64,000 bases of DNA, taken from Deferrisomatales bacterium (GTDB lineage Bacteria > Desulfobacterota > Deferrisomatia > Deferrisomatales > JACRMM01). The first letter of the stretch is position 1. The number at the start of each line of letters is the position of its first letter. Under the pieces are notes generated by a model that saw nothing but the letters and a program-made list of their open reading frames with translations, did not search any database and was not told the DNA's origin. Shown in pieces: positions 1 through 7,875 of the stretch. The stretch spans positions 1 through 64,000 of the forward strand of contig JAWSUI010000007.1 in assembly GCA_033551855.1 (NCBI GenBank). The letters are read 5' to 3'. The position numbers were made by a program, and so were the translations under genes.

Positions 1-86
1 TCCCCCTGTCTCAAACCTGAACAGGACGTTTCGCGGAGGCAGCGGGAATTGCTGCTGTTGAGAGAGCCCGTGTCGATCTGGATCGA

Positions 87-830
87 GTGCTCAACGCCTT
101 TCGGCATCGAAGATCGTGTCAGTGTGTCGGGACGAATGGCGGGAGAGTCTGTCTCGGTGCTCAACGCCTTTCGGCATCGAAGATCGTGTCAGTTTCGCAG
201 CCGCCGGACTTCGTGCTCCGAAACGAGTGCTCAACGCCTTTCGGCATCGAAGATCGTGTCAGCTGACCGGGGCGGACGACTCCACAGCCGCAGGGGAGTG
301 CTCAACGCCTTTCGGCATCGAAGATCGTGTCAGGGGGGCTGGGTGGCGGCGCCGGAATCTCTGTTTCGTGCTCAACGCCTTTCGGCATCGAAGATCGTGT
401 CAGCGATCCCCCTGGTTGATGGCTACGCGGTTCCTGAGTGCTCAACGCCTTTCGGCATCGAAGATCGTGTCAGGGGGTCTACTGGCACGCTCTCCGTGGT
501 GCTCGACGAGTGCTCAACGCCTTTCGGCATCGAAGATCGTGTCAGCCGGCGATCCCGGCCATGCCCCGTGTCCCCGCTCGGTGCTCAACGCCTTTCGGCA
601 TCGAAGATCGTGTCAGTCACCCGAGGGCCCGGCCAACTGATCCAGATTTTCGTGCTCAACGCCTTTCGGCATCGAAGATCGTGTCAGTTCCCCCGAAGGT
701 CCGCCGCCTGGTCCGCCTCGGCGTGCTCAACGCCTTTCGGCATCGAAGATCGTGTCAGTGCGCGGAGAGGGACGATGACGCCGAACCGAATCATGTGCTC
801 AACGCCTTTCGGCATCGAAGATCGTGTCAG
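87..830 (-). CRISPR. CRISPR array, 11 identical 36-bp repeats and 10 spacers of 34-36 bp
   Basis: Plus-strand repeat GTGCTCAACGCCTTTCGGCATCGAAGATCGTGTCAG starts at 87, 157, 227, 298, 368, 438, 510, 581, 652, 723 and 795. The minus-strand form ends ...GATGCCGAAAGGCGTTGAGCAC (hairpin with GAAA loop), like MYXAN/I-B2 repeats, and lies downstream of cas2. Confidence 0.99.
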
Positions 831-1068
831 CCTGCGGGCCGGAGCCCGCCTCCCGACTGGGGAAAGTCGGGGGAGAATCATGCACCTGGGCTCTGTTGCA
901 CGCAACTCGGGAAGCGCTGCGGCCCGGGCGACGCAGCACCCTGAAAAAACGAGGGTTTTCAGCATCAAGCGTCGCCCCGCGGGGATATGGGCCGGAAAGC
1001 CGCTCGGAGACTGCGTCTTCCATCGCCGCGGGAACCGGTGCGGCGTTGGAGCTAGGGGGGTCCATGCA
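831..1068 (-). promoter_or_regulatory. CRISPR leader
   Basis: Non-coding interval between the cas2 stop and the first repeat. Contains an A-tract and an imperfect palindrome at 926-977. Confidence 0.8.
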
Positions 1069-1362
1069 TCAGAAGACCTCGAAGGTCGGGGGTGGCTTCT
1101 TCCACTCGTCTTCTCCTCGGCTGTCGATGACCCGCTGGGCGCAGCCGGGGCAGAGGCGCACCACCATCAGGTCGTCCTCGTCCGCCATGACCCTTCCCAG
1201 CTCCCATCGCAGCTCCTCCAACTGGGTCCGGGTCATCTGGATCCGAAAGATCGAGTACTGCACGCGGTCGCCCCGGCCCTTGAGGATCTTGTACGCGCGG
1301 CGCCAGCGCTTGTCGTCGCGGATGTCGTAGCACACGAGGTGCCAGTGCCGCTCGTCGCCCAC
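1069..1362 (-). CDS. cas2: CRISPR-associated endonuclease Cas2
   Basis: 97 aa; LVCYDIRDDKRWRR and G.RVQYSIF motifs; adjacent to cas1 and the array. Confidence 0.97.
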   Translation of the reverse strand: MGDERHWHLVCYDIRDDKRWRRAYKILKGRGDRVQYSIFRIQMTRTQLEELRWELGRVMADEDDLMVVRLCPGCAQRVIDSRGEDEWKKPPPTFEVF

Positions 1363-1363
1363 G

Positions 1364-3103
1364 TCAGCGCAGCCTCAACTTCGCAAACAGCGAAGGCTCG
1401 CCGGTCCACTCCTTCTCGAGGAGCCGCGCCTCGAGCTCGATGGTGCGGGCATAGCTCAAGGAGTAGTCGAGCACCGGGTGCTTCCACTTCTCCTGCTTGC
1501 GGGCCTCGTAGAGCTGGATCGCCTTGCGGCGGCCGTCGGGATTGAGCCAAACCTGGCCGGACGTGACCTCGAAGTCCGGCTTGGCCCACTGTCTGCGGTT
1601 CACGGAACCGATCAGGGGCATGTCCCACAGGATGAGCCGGAAGAGCTCCATCAGATCGAGCGCCAGGGGGTAGGCGGCCGAGCGCGGCGTGTGGAGGATT
1701 CCGAGGGCGGGCTCGAGGCCCACGGCCAGGAGGCCGGCGACGCAGTCCCGGTACAGGAGCGCGTACCCGAAGGAGAGGAGTGCGTTGAAAGGGTCTTTGG
1801 GCGGCCGCCGATTCCGGCCGGAGAAGTGCAGAAAGTCGCCCTCCGCCAGGTTGAGGAGCCGCGGCAGCAGGGCGAAGTACTCGCGGCCCGCGGCTCCCTC
1901 GTGCCCACGGACCGCGTCGATGCAGCGCGTCACCTCCACCTCAAGGCCGTCGGCCCCGGGCTCGAGGCTTGCGATCTCGCCGCCCAGGCGAGCGACGCTC
2001 GCCACCTCCTCGCGCAGCCTCTCCACGCCCCTCTGCACCGCCGCGTCCCGCGGCCCTGCGGCTTCCCCCCGGGTGGCCCGCAGCACGTACCGGAGCTGGT
2101 TCTCCACCTTGGCCTGGGCGATCCTCGCGGCGAGTCCCCCGCGAAGCCTCGGGTCGCGAAGCGCGCCGTACTGGCGGTTGCGGCGCTGCACGCCCCCGGC
2201 GCCCGCAGACAGCGCTCCAACGTAGTGGCCGCCGTAAGAGAGCCAGTGCACGCCGATCTCGCGGGCCGCGCAGTAGTGTACGGCCTGGGTGGAGATCTGC
2301 ACGTTCCCGTGGAGGACGAGGGCCGCCACGGTCCGGCCGGGGAGGGGCTTCTTGGTGCCGTCGGGAAGGTACACCACGAGCTGCTCCCCATCCTTTCGGA
2401 TGCCCGCGCCCTGCTCCACCACGTGGACGATGCGCCGGTCCTCGTCGGCAGGAAACAGGCGCTGGGGTTTGTCGCCGCCGTCGGCGGCGAACCGCTCTTC
2501 TTCGGGGAGGCAGACGGGAGCCAGGGAGCAGGTGCGGCAAAGCTTCTCGGACACGGCCACCGGCGGCCGATCGGCGGCGCTGCGAAGCTCCCGGGCCCTC
2601 GCCACGGCCGCCAAGACCTGGGCTTCGGCCGCGGCCCGGTCTACGGGCAGCCGGATCGTCTTTCGGTCGGCGTGGTAGCGGACTACGGCCTCGGGGACGT
2701 CTTCGCCCCGATGCTCGGACAAGAGCAGGGCGTAGGCGAGCACCTGGAGCCGGTCGCTCGGCCAGGCTTCCGTGCCGTTTCGCGACCGGCCCTTCTTGTG
2801 CTCGGTGACCACGAGCCGGCCGTCCTCGCGCCGGGCGGCGTCGAGCTTTCCCCGGATGCCGAGGCGCTCGCTCCCGAGCTCCAGGGTGTACACCTCGGGT
2901 CCCTTGTCGATCTCGTCGTGCACGCGCCTGCCGGCGTACACGTTGGCATCGGCTACCCGGATCTCCTCCACTTCCTCCAAGTAGAAGAGCCGCTCGCAGT
3001 AAGCCAGCGCATGGAGGGCCATGACCCGGACCAGGGGCTCGTCGGTTGTCTTCTCCGCCTGGTGGTGCGAGCGGAAGGCGTCTTCGAAGTCGGGGTCGGC
3101 CAT
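1364..3103 (-). CDS. cas1: Cas4-Cas1 fusion (MYXAN type)
   Basis: N-terminal Cas4 (YCERLFY, EHKKG, CRTCSLAPVC) followed by Cas1 (RGHEG, RNRRPPKDPFNALLSFGY, LALDLMELFR). Start taken at ATG 3103, 5 bp after the vapC stop. Confidence 0.95.
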   Translation of the reverse strand: MADPDFEDAFRSHHQAEKTTDEPLVRVMALHALAYCERLFYLEEVEEIRVADANVYAGRRVHDEIDKGPEVYTLELGSERLGIRGKLDAARREDGRLVVTEHKKGRSRNGTEAWPSDRLQVLAYALLLSEHRGEDVPEAVVRYHADRKTIRLPVDRAAAEAQVLAAVARARELRSAADRPPVAVSEKLCRTCSLAPVCLPEEERFAADGGDKPQRLFPADEDRRIVHVVEQGAGIRKDGEQLVVYLPDGTKKPLPGRTVAALVLHGNVQISTQAVHYCAAREIGVHWLSYGGHYVGALSAGAGGVQRRNRQYGALRDPRLRGGLAARIAQAKVENQLRYVLRATRGEAAGPRDAAVQRGVERLREEVASVARLGGEIASLEPGADGLEVEVTRCIDAVRGHEGAAGREYFALLPRLLNLAEGDFLHFSGRNRRPPKDPFNALLSFGYALLYRDCVAGLLAVGLEPALGILHTPRSAAYPLALDLMELFRLILWDMPLIGSVNRRQWAKPDFEVTSGQVWLNPDGRRKAIQLYEARKQEKWKHPVLDYSLSYARTIELEARLLEKEWTGEPSLFAKLRLR

Positions 3104-3108
3104 CGGCT

Positions 3109-3504
3109 TCAGACAACGTGGTCGATGTGTGGGTACGAGAGGATCTTCCCATCGACGGTCACCAGGGGGCACCCCAAAATGCGGGCCGTGGCGACGATGA
3201 GCTGGTCGGCCGGATCCCGGTGAAACTTCCCGGGTAGACGCGCGGATTCGGCGGCTATGGCCGCGGTGAGGGGAAGGAGGCAGACGCCGGGGTACGCCAG
3301 CGCCAGCGCCAGCCACTCTTCTACTGGACAGGGGAGCTTGATCTTACCAAGTTCCACCCCCTTGGCGATCTCCCACAGAGAAATGGCGCAGACGCCGAGG
3401 CCGCCGCCTGTCTCCTCGGCCGCCATGCGCGCCTGCTGCGAGGGCGAGAGCTTTGCCACATCCTGCACCCACCAGAGCCAGGCGTGGGTGTCCAGTACGA
3501 TCAC
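3109..3504 (-). CDS. vapC: PIN-domain toxin (VapC family)
   Basis: MIVLDTHAWLWW, SLWEI and HRDPADQLIVATA PIN motifs; start overlaps the stop of the upstream small gene. Confidence 0.92.
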   Translation of the reverse strand: MIVLDTHAWLWWVQDVAKLSPSQQARMAAEETGGGLGVCAISLWEIAKGVELGKIKLPCPVEEWLALALAYPGVCLLPLTAAIAAESARLPGKFHRDPADQLIVATARILGCPLVTVDGKILSYPHIDHVV

Positions 3505-3719
3505 TTCAGTGCCTCCCAGTCCTCCAAGGCAACCGGTTCGGTCGGGTCGTCGTAACGGTACGGCTTCCCCCGCAAGGGATACCGTTCCTCGGCCTCGTGC
3601 GCCAAAGGGGGGCGCTCGATCACGATGACTTCGACCGGCTCACCCTCCACGAACGGAACCCGGTCCAGCACGATCCGCCCCCCCTTCGCCACGGTGGTTT
3701 CCACCCGATAGGCCTGCAT
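3501..3719 (-). CDS. Putative antitoxin cognate to the PIN toxin
   Basis: 72 aa; GGAGGTG Shine-Dalgarno; GTGA overlap with vapC; acidic tail DDPTEPVALEDWEA. Confidence 0.75.
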   Translation of the reverse strand: MQAYRVETTVAKGGRIVLDRVPFVEGEPVEVIVIERPPLAHEAEERYPLRGKPYRYDDPTEPVALEDWEALK

Positions 3720-3764
3720 GGAAGTTCACCTCCCTTCGTCAGTTCGCTCCGCCACTGCAAAGCA

Positions 3765-4031
3765 CTACGGCCTCGGCCGCCGCCAGAGCGCTCGATGTCC
3801 CACCCCGTCCACTTTGACCACCTCGTCACCGGATTCCTCCAGAATCTGCTCCACCGTGCCCATGTCCTGGGCGGTGAGCAGAAAAAGCTGCACCGCCTCG
3901 GCGAGAGCCCTTCGCGCTCCGTCCACGGTGGGCCCCGCGCTCATGACGTCCAGCGGAAGCGCGTGGGCCACGAACTGCTCCCATTCTTTCCAGATCTGGA
4001 CGGTGTATTCAATGTCGAAGATTCGGTTCAC
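3765..4031 (-). CDS. HicB-family antitoxin-like protein, no HicA partner; C-terminus possibly degraded
   Basis: VQIWKE...FVAHALPLDVMSAGPTVDGARRALAEAVQLFL fits the HicB N-domain; AAGGAG SD 7 nt before GTG. Confidence 0.72.
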   Translation of the reverse strand: MNRIFDIEYTVQIWKEWEQFVAHALPLDVMSAGPTVDGARRALAEAVQLFLLTAQDMGTVEQILEESGDEVVKVDGVGHRALWRRPRP

Positions 4032-4069
4032 GGGTCATCTCCTTGGGGCGGTATCCACCCCTGCGCCAA

Positions 4070-4393
4070 TCACACGATCCGTTGGCCCGTGCGTACGATC
4101 TTCCGAACCATCGGACCTTGGTCCTCCCAATCCTTGCGCCCGAACGCGCGGGGTTCGATCCGAAGGTCGATCCCGCGGCGGAGCCGGGTGAGGCGGACGC
4201 CTTCGTCGAAGATGTCCACCTCGTCCCGATCGAGGGGCACGACGAGGTCGATGTCGCTGTCCGCGTCCGGTGCTCCGTTGGCGTAGGAGCCGAACAGGTA
4301 GACCTGCCAGATGGCGACGTTGTTCTCCCGCAGGCGCCGCACGTACTGCCGGACTTTCTGAACGGCTAGGTCGCGATCAACTGGAGCAGCCAT
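4070..4393 (-). CDS. Minimal nucleotidyltransferase (MNT) antitoxin
   Basis: YLFGSYANG...DSDIDL (GSx10DxD) motif; overlaps the HEPN gene end. Confidence 0.9.
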   Translation of the reverse strand: MAAPVDRDLAVQKVRQYVRRLRENNVAIWQVYLFGSYANGAPDADSDIDLVVPLDRDEVDIFDEGVRLTRLRRGIDLRIEPRAFGRKDWEDQGPMVRKIVRTGQRIV

Positions 4394-4757
4394 TGGCGGG
4401 CCTCTCGGATGCGATCCAGATGGTGTGCGGTGAACTCGCGTGTGGCCTTCTTTCGAAACTGACCCTTGTAGTCCGGATATCGTGCCTCGATGTTCAACCG
4501 TGTGACAACCTCCAGCAACTTTTCCTGGTCGCCCGTAAGCGCAAGCCCGGCCCGGCTCGCCAGGTGCGGGAGTCGTGGACCCGCGGCACATTCTCATCCA
4601 CGAGCTTGACGTAGACCGCCTTCAGAAGCTTCTCGATGACAAGATGGCCCAGGAACAGAGCCCAGGCGTCGTGTCCGTTCTGGAACAGGCTCTCCGACGC
4701 GCGCAGGTCCTCGTCGGCGCTGGCAAGCCAGTAGTCGATCAGTTGTTCTCTCGTCAT
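4366..4757 (-). pseudogene. HEPN-domain protein with a 1-bp deletion frameshift near 4572
   Basis: Frame 1 gives MTREQLIDYWLASADEDL...HLVIEKLLKA...PRVHD. A shifted frame continues LPHLASRAGL...NIEARYPD...WLLQLIAT to TAG at 4366-4368. The span is 392 nt, one short of a multiple of three. Confidence 0.85.
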
Positions 4758-4803
4758 GCGGTCCTCGTGCGGCCGTCCAACCACAGCATATCGCGGTCGA
4801 GAG

Positions 4804-5460
4804 TCAGGCAGGGTTCTCTACCATGATCCATCGGGCATCGTCTGGGGTGGGAGTCCGCGCGAATCCTTCCTCGAAGTGGAACTGCCTCCAAATGGTGCCC
4901 TTTGACCCCACGTGGTCCACCCATACCGGGAGGGGCAGATCTCCCTCCGGGTTCGGTACGAGCCAGCGGCACGCGACGCCATCGAGGGGCGGATTCCACC
5001 AGACGTCGTTGACCAGGTCGCGGCTCTCGCCGAGGCTCAGGCCGCCGAAGCGCTGCACATTGCCCGGAGACGTCGCCGCCAGGTGGAGACGGTCGGCGAG
5101 TGGACCGGCATCGACCCACACCGCGAGGTCTACCCCTGTGAGCATCTCCTGGAAGTCCGGCCGCCGGTTCGTCCCGACGCCCGGTGGCTGGGGGCGCCCC
5201 GTTTTCTTGTCCTTGAGGTCCTTTACCCGCCAGACCGTGCGGAGCACGGTGGACACCTCGGGTTGCGCGAGGAGCGCGTAGGCGAGCCTGGTCCCGAGGT
5301 AGGCGCGCCGGTCCTCCTCGCCCACCAGAGAGAGAAGGAAGCCATAGACCGTCGAGGGCGGAGGGACCTCCTCGGTCTCCAGGTACTCGCGCGCATACCC
5401 CTTGCGGAAGCTGCAGATCGGGGCCGTGACCCGAAGGGAGACGGCTGCGGACTGGCTCAT
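4804..5460 (-). CDS. cas5: Cas5 (DevS/MYXAN type)
   Basis: APICSFRKGYAREYLET..VPPPSTVYGFLLSLVGE; RFGGLSLGESRDLVN. Confidence 0.93.
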   Translation of the reverse strand: MSQSAAVSLRVTAPICSFRKGYAREYLETEEVPPPSTVYGFLLSLVGEEDRRAYLGTRLAYALLAQPEVSTVLRTVWRVKDLKDKKTGRPQPPGVGTNRRPDFQEMLTGVDLAVWVDAGPLADRLHLAATSPGNVQRFGGLSLGESRDLVNDVWWNPPLDGVACRWLVPNPEGDLPLPVWVDHVGSKGTIWRQFHFEEGFARTPTPDDARWIMVENPA

Positions 5461-5482
5461 GTGAACTCCCCTGGTTCCTCCG

Positions 5483-6343
5483 CTAGGTGCGAAGCGCGGC
5501 CTTGGCCTTCTCGACGGCAGACTTGACGCCCCTCTCACAGACCTTGGCTCCGAGAGCCTTGATTGCCGGCACGTCGGCGATGAGGCCGCCGATGTACAAT
5601 TCCTGCGGGTCGATGTCCTTCGCCTCAACCTTTTCGATGAGCTCCGGGCCGCTCACCTTCCCGTCTTCCTCCGAGAAGCAGTACAGGATACGGGGCGCGG
5701 GGTCCTGGGTGATGCGAAGCACGATCGACTCCGGCGAGAAGTCGAAGAGGAAGCGGCTGTGGTTGCCCGCGACCTCGCCCAGGTTCGCCAGTCCGTCCAC
5801 GACGTCGATCGCACGAGAAGGGACGCGCAGGCGCTCGGGGGTCAGGGCAAAACCGTACTGGTAGCGCGTGGCGTGCATCTCGGTGCCATAGAGGGAGGTG
5901 CGGTCCTTCTCGCCGCTCTTCGCGTTGAAGGAGATGTCGCCCGAGAACGGCGTGGTCGAGATGGCCCGGGCCACTTCGAGAACGCCCCGGCGCTTCGTGG
6001 TCGTGCCCTTCTCACCCTCGGCCTTTCCGCCCTCCGCCTTCATGAAACCGAGTACGTCGTCGTCGATGAACGTCTCCCCCTTCTCCTTGGCCCAGCCGGA
6101 CCAGGTCGGGTCCTTCCAAGTGTGGTCGTCCCTCTCGTCGTCCCACTGCCAGTTCACCGACTGGCCGGCCCTCTGCCAGTAGTACCGAAGTGCCCACCGG
6201 ATCGCCTCCGCCGAGACGGTCGTGTGCACCTGCCCCTTCCAGAGGAGCTTCTGCAGCGTGGTGATGTTCCCCTCGGTCTCGCCCCGGTTGTTGGCGGCAC
6301 AGCCGTAGCCCGTGACGATGGCCCCGAACACGTGAAGGCTCAT
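5483..6343 (-). CDS. cas7: Cas7 (DevR/Cst2 type)
   Basis: AANNRGETEGNITTLQK, TTVSAEAIRWALR, FIDDDVLGFM, VAGNHSRFLFDFSP. Confidence 0.95.
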   Translation of the reverse strand: MSLHVFGAIVTGYGCAANNRGETEGNITTLQKLLWKGQVHTTVSAEAIRWALRYYWQRAGQSVNWQWDDERDDHTWKDPTWSGWAKEKGETFIDDDVLGFMKAEGGKAEGEKGTTTKRRGVLEVARAISTTPFSGDISFNAKSGEKDRTSLYGTEMHATRYQYGFALTPERLRVPSRAIDVVDGLANLGEVAGNHSRFLFDFSPESIVLRITQDPAPRILYCFSEEDGKVSGPELIEKVEAKDIDPQELYIGGLIADVPAIKALGAKVCERGVKSAVEKAKAALRT

Positions 6344-6735
6344 ACCTCTTCCTCCTCATCGGTCTGTTGGTCGGTCGTTTCAATCTCCTCGACGCCCTTG
6401 CCCGCATAGGACGCGAGCCCGAGCAATGCCAGATCCCTTGCTCGCTGCCAGTCAGGCCCCGTGAAAAGCCCCAACACCTTCTCCCAGCCTCCCTGGAGCA
6501 CCTTGTTGATGCCGCTGCGGGCGAAGAGGTCGGCGATCTCGGCCCGGAGCGTCTCCCGGTTCTTCGCGCGCATGAGCGAGGTCCGGATGCGCTCGAACTC
6601 CCGCCCGAACTGCGGGGTCTCCCCCCTCGCCTTGGCGCGGCCGGCCAAAGCGCCGTACCGGTTGCGCAGGGCGTCGTGAACGGCCTCGACAAACAGCTTG
6701 TCTTCTTCGTTGGGCCACGGTGTCTGCTGGACCAT
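6340..6735 (-). CDS. cas11: Predicted Cas11 small subunit from an internal in-frame start in cas8
   Basis: AAGGGG (6745-6750, minus strand) lies 9 nt upstream of in-frame ATG 6735 in RKGLNDM; would give a 131-aa helical C-terminal product. Confidence 0.65.
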   Translation of the reverse strand: MVQQTPWPNEEDKLFVEAVHDALRNRYGALAGRAKARGETPQFGREFERIRTSLMRAKNRETLRAEIADLFARSGINKVLQGGWEKVLGLFTGPDWQRARDLALLGLASYAGKGVEEIETTDQQTDEEEEV

Positions 6736-7875
6736 GTCGTTCAACCCCTTTCGGTCGAAGGAGAGAAGGCCTGCCGTCTTCTTGCTCTGCATCAGTGTCC
6801 AGAACTGCGCGAACCACGGCTTCCCGGCCGCGATGTTGTCGGCGATCAGCCCACGGCTGGGGCTTGTGGCCACCCAGTACCCGCCGTCGCCCTTCACCAC
6901 CACTCGGTTGTCCAAGAGGCGGATCGAGGTTTCGAAGAGCCGCAGCCGTTGGCGGTCCACGCGCCGGAGGTGTGCAACCGCCGTTCGGGTCTTCTGCTGC
7001 TTGGACCAGACCACGGTGCCGAGCGAGAGGACCGTGCAGGAGTCCACCGAGAGTGCGTCGGCCGCTCGCCCGCCGCCGAGAAGGTCGAGGGATGCGAGAC
7101 CAAGCAGGCCCGCGTCGCCGAGACTGCTCGCATAGAGACGCCGGGCGGGCGACTCGAGGTATCGCGTAAAGCCCTCGGCATACTTGCGAAGGTTCGTGAT
7201 GTGAGGAAGCACGAGCGCCGCTGTCCGCCTCTTGTCGAACTTGCCATCGACCGTCCGCCGCGAGACCAGGAAGTACAGCGACGCAGCAGGCGCGAAGAGA
7301 AGAGAGAGAAACCCGTTGTGCTGCGCGACCAACGTCGTGTCGGTGCTGTAGGCGACGTGCCGCACACTTCCGCCGGGGAGTGCCCAGCCAGCCACCTTGA
7401 TCTGCGGCTTGAGGTCCCCCTTGTCCGTCACGAGGTTCGAGAGCTGTTGGTGCTGATACGACTGGACGGGCCGGAATCGGTGGGTGACCTGCTTGTCGTC
7501 GAAGGCCAGGGAAAGGCTCGCGTCTGAACCTGCAAGCGTCCGAGTCTTGCCGTGCTGCAGGAAGGTGCCGAGCACCGCTGAGCTGACGAGGAGCCTGGCG
7601 AGTTGCCCCATCGGGTGACGCCGATGAGCGACAAACTGGATGGCACCCTCCGGGCTGATGCCGAATGCCTCGGCCAGCAGGGGTTCGAACAGGGCCTTGG
7701 GCTTTCCGGTCCATCGCAGGTGGACCCGGGTGGGTTCCAGGGCCCACGACCCGTGCTCGGCATACTTCTTCGGGTCCAGCCGCTCCAGGGTCATGTACAG
7801 CCCGGCCAGCCCCACCCGATGCAGGTGGGTCATGCCCGGGTCAAATAATCCAAGGGTCAAGCTCTTGTCGGCCAT
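6340..7875 (-). CDS. cas8: Cas8 large subunit (MYXAN Cas8a1/Csx13-like)
   Basis: LFDPGMTHLHRVGLAGLYMTL, TFLQH, WSKQQKTR and ARDLALLGLASY; lies between cas3 and cas7. Confidence 0.88.
   Translation of the reverse strand: MADKSLTLGLFDPGMTHLHRVGLAGLYMTLERLDPKKYAEHGSWALEPTRVHLRWTGKPKALFEPLLAEAFGISPEGAIQFVAHRRHPMGQLARLLVSSAVLGTFLQHGKTRTLAGSDASLSLAFDDKQVTHRFRPVQSYQHQQLSNLVTDKGDLKPQIKVAGWALPGGSVRHVAYSTDTTLVAQHNGFLSLLFAPAASLYFLVSRRTVDGKFDKRRTAALVLPHITNLRKYAEGFTRYLESPARRLYASSLGDAGLLGLASLDLLGGGRAADALSVDSCTVLSLGTVVWSKQQKTRTAVAHLRRVDRQRLRLFETSIRLLDNRVVVKGDGGYWVATSPSRGLIADNIAAGKPWFAQFWTLMQSKKTAGLLSFDRKGLNDMVQQTPWPNEEDKLFVEAVHDALRNRYGALAGRAKARGETPQFGREFERIRTSLMRAKNRETLRAEIADLFARSGINKVLQGGWEKVLGLFTGPDWQRARDLALLGLASYAGKGVEEIETTDQQTDEEEEV

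Noticed and set aside
1..86. Possible degenerate 12th repeat
   Set aside because: No convincing alignment to the repeat at the expected spacing.
1042..1052. GGCGTTGGAGC resembling the repeat 3' end in the leader
   Set aside because: Short, gapped, opposite orientation, and lacks the hairpin.
49..1545. Long ORFs running through the array
   Set aside because: Artefacts of a repeat that lacks stop codons on the plus strand; the translations are just the repeated unit.
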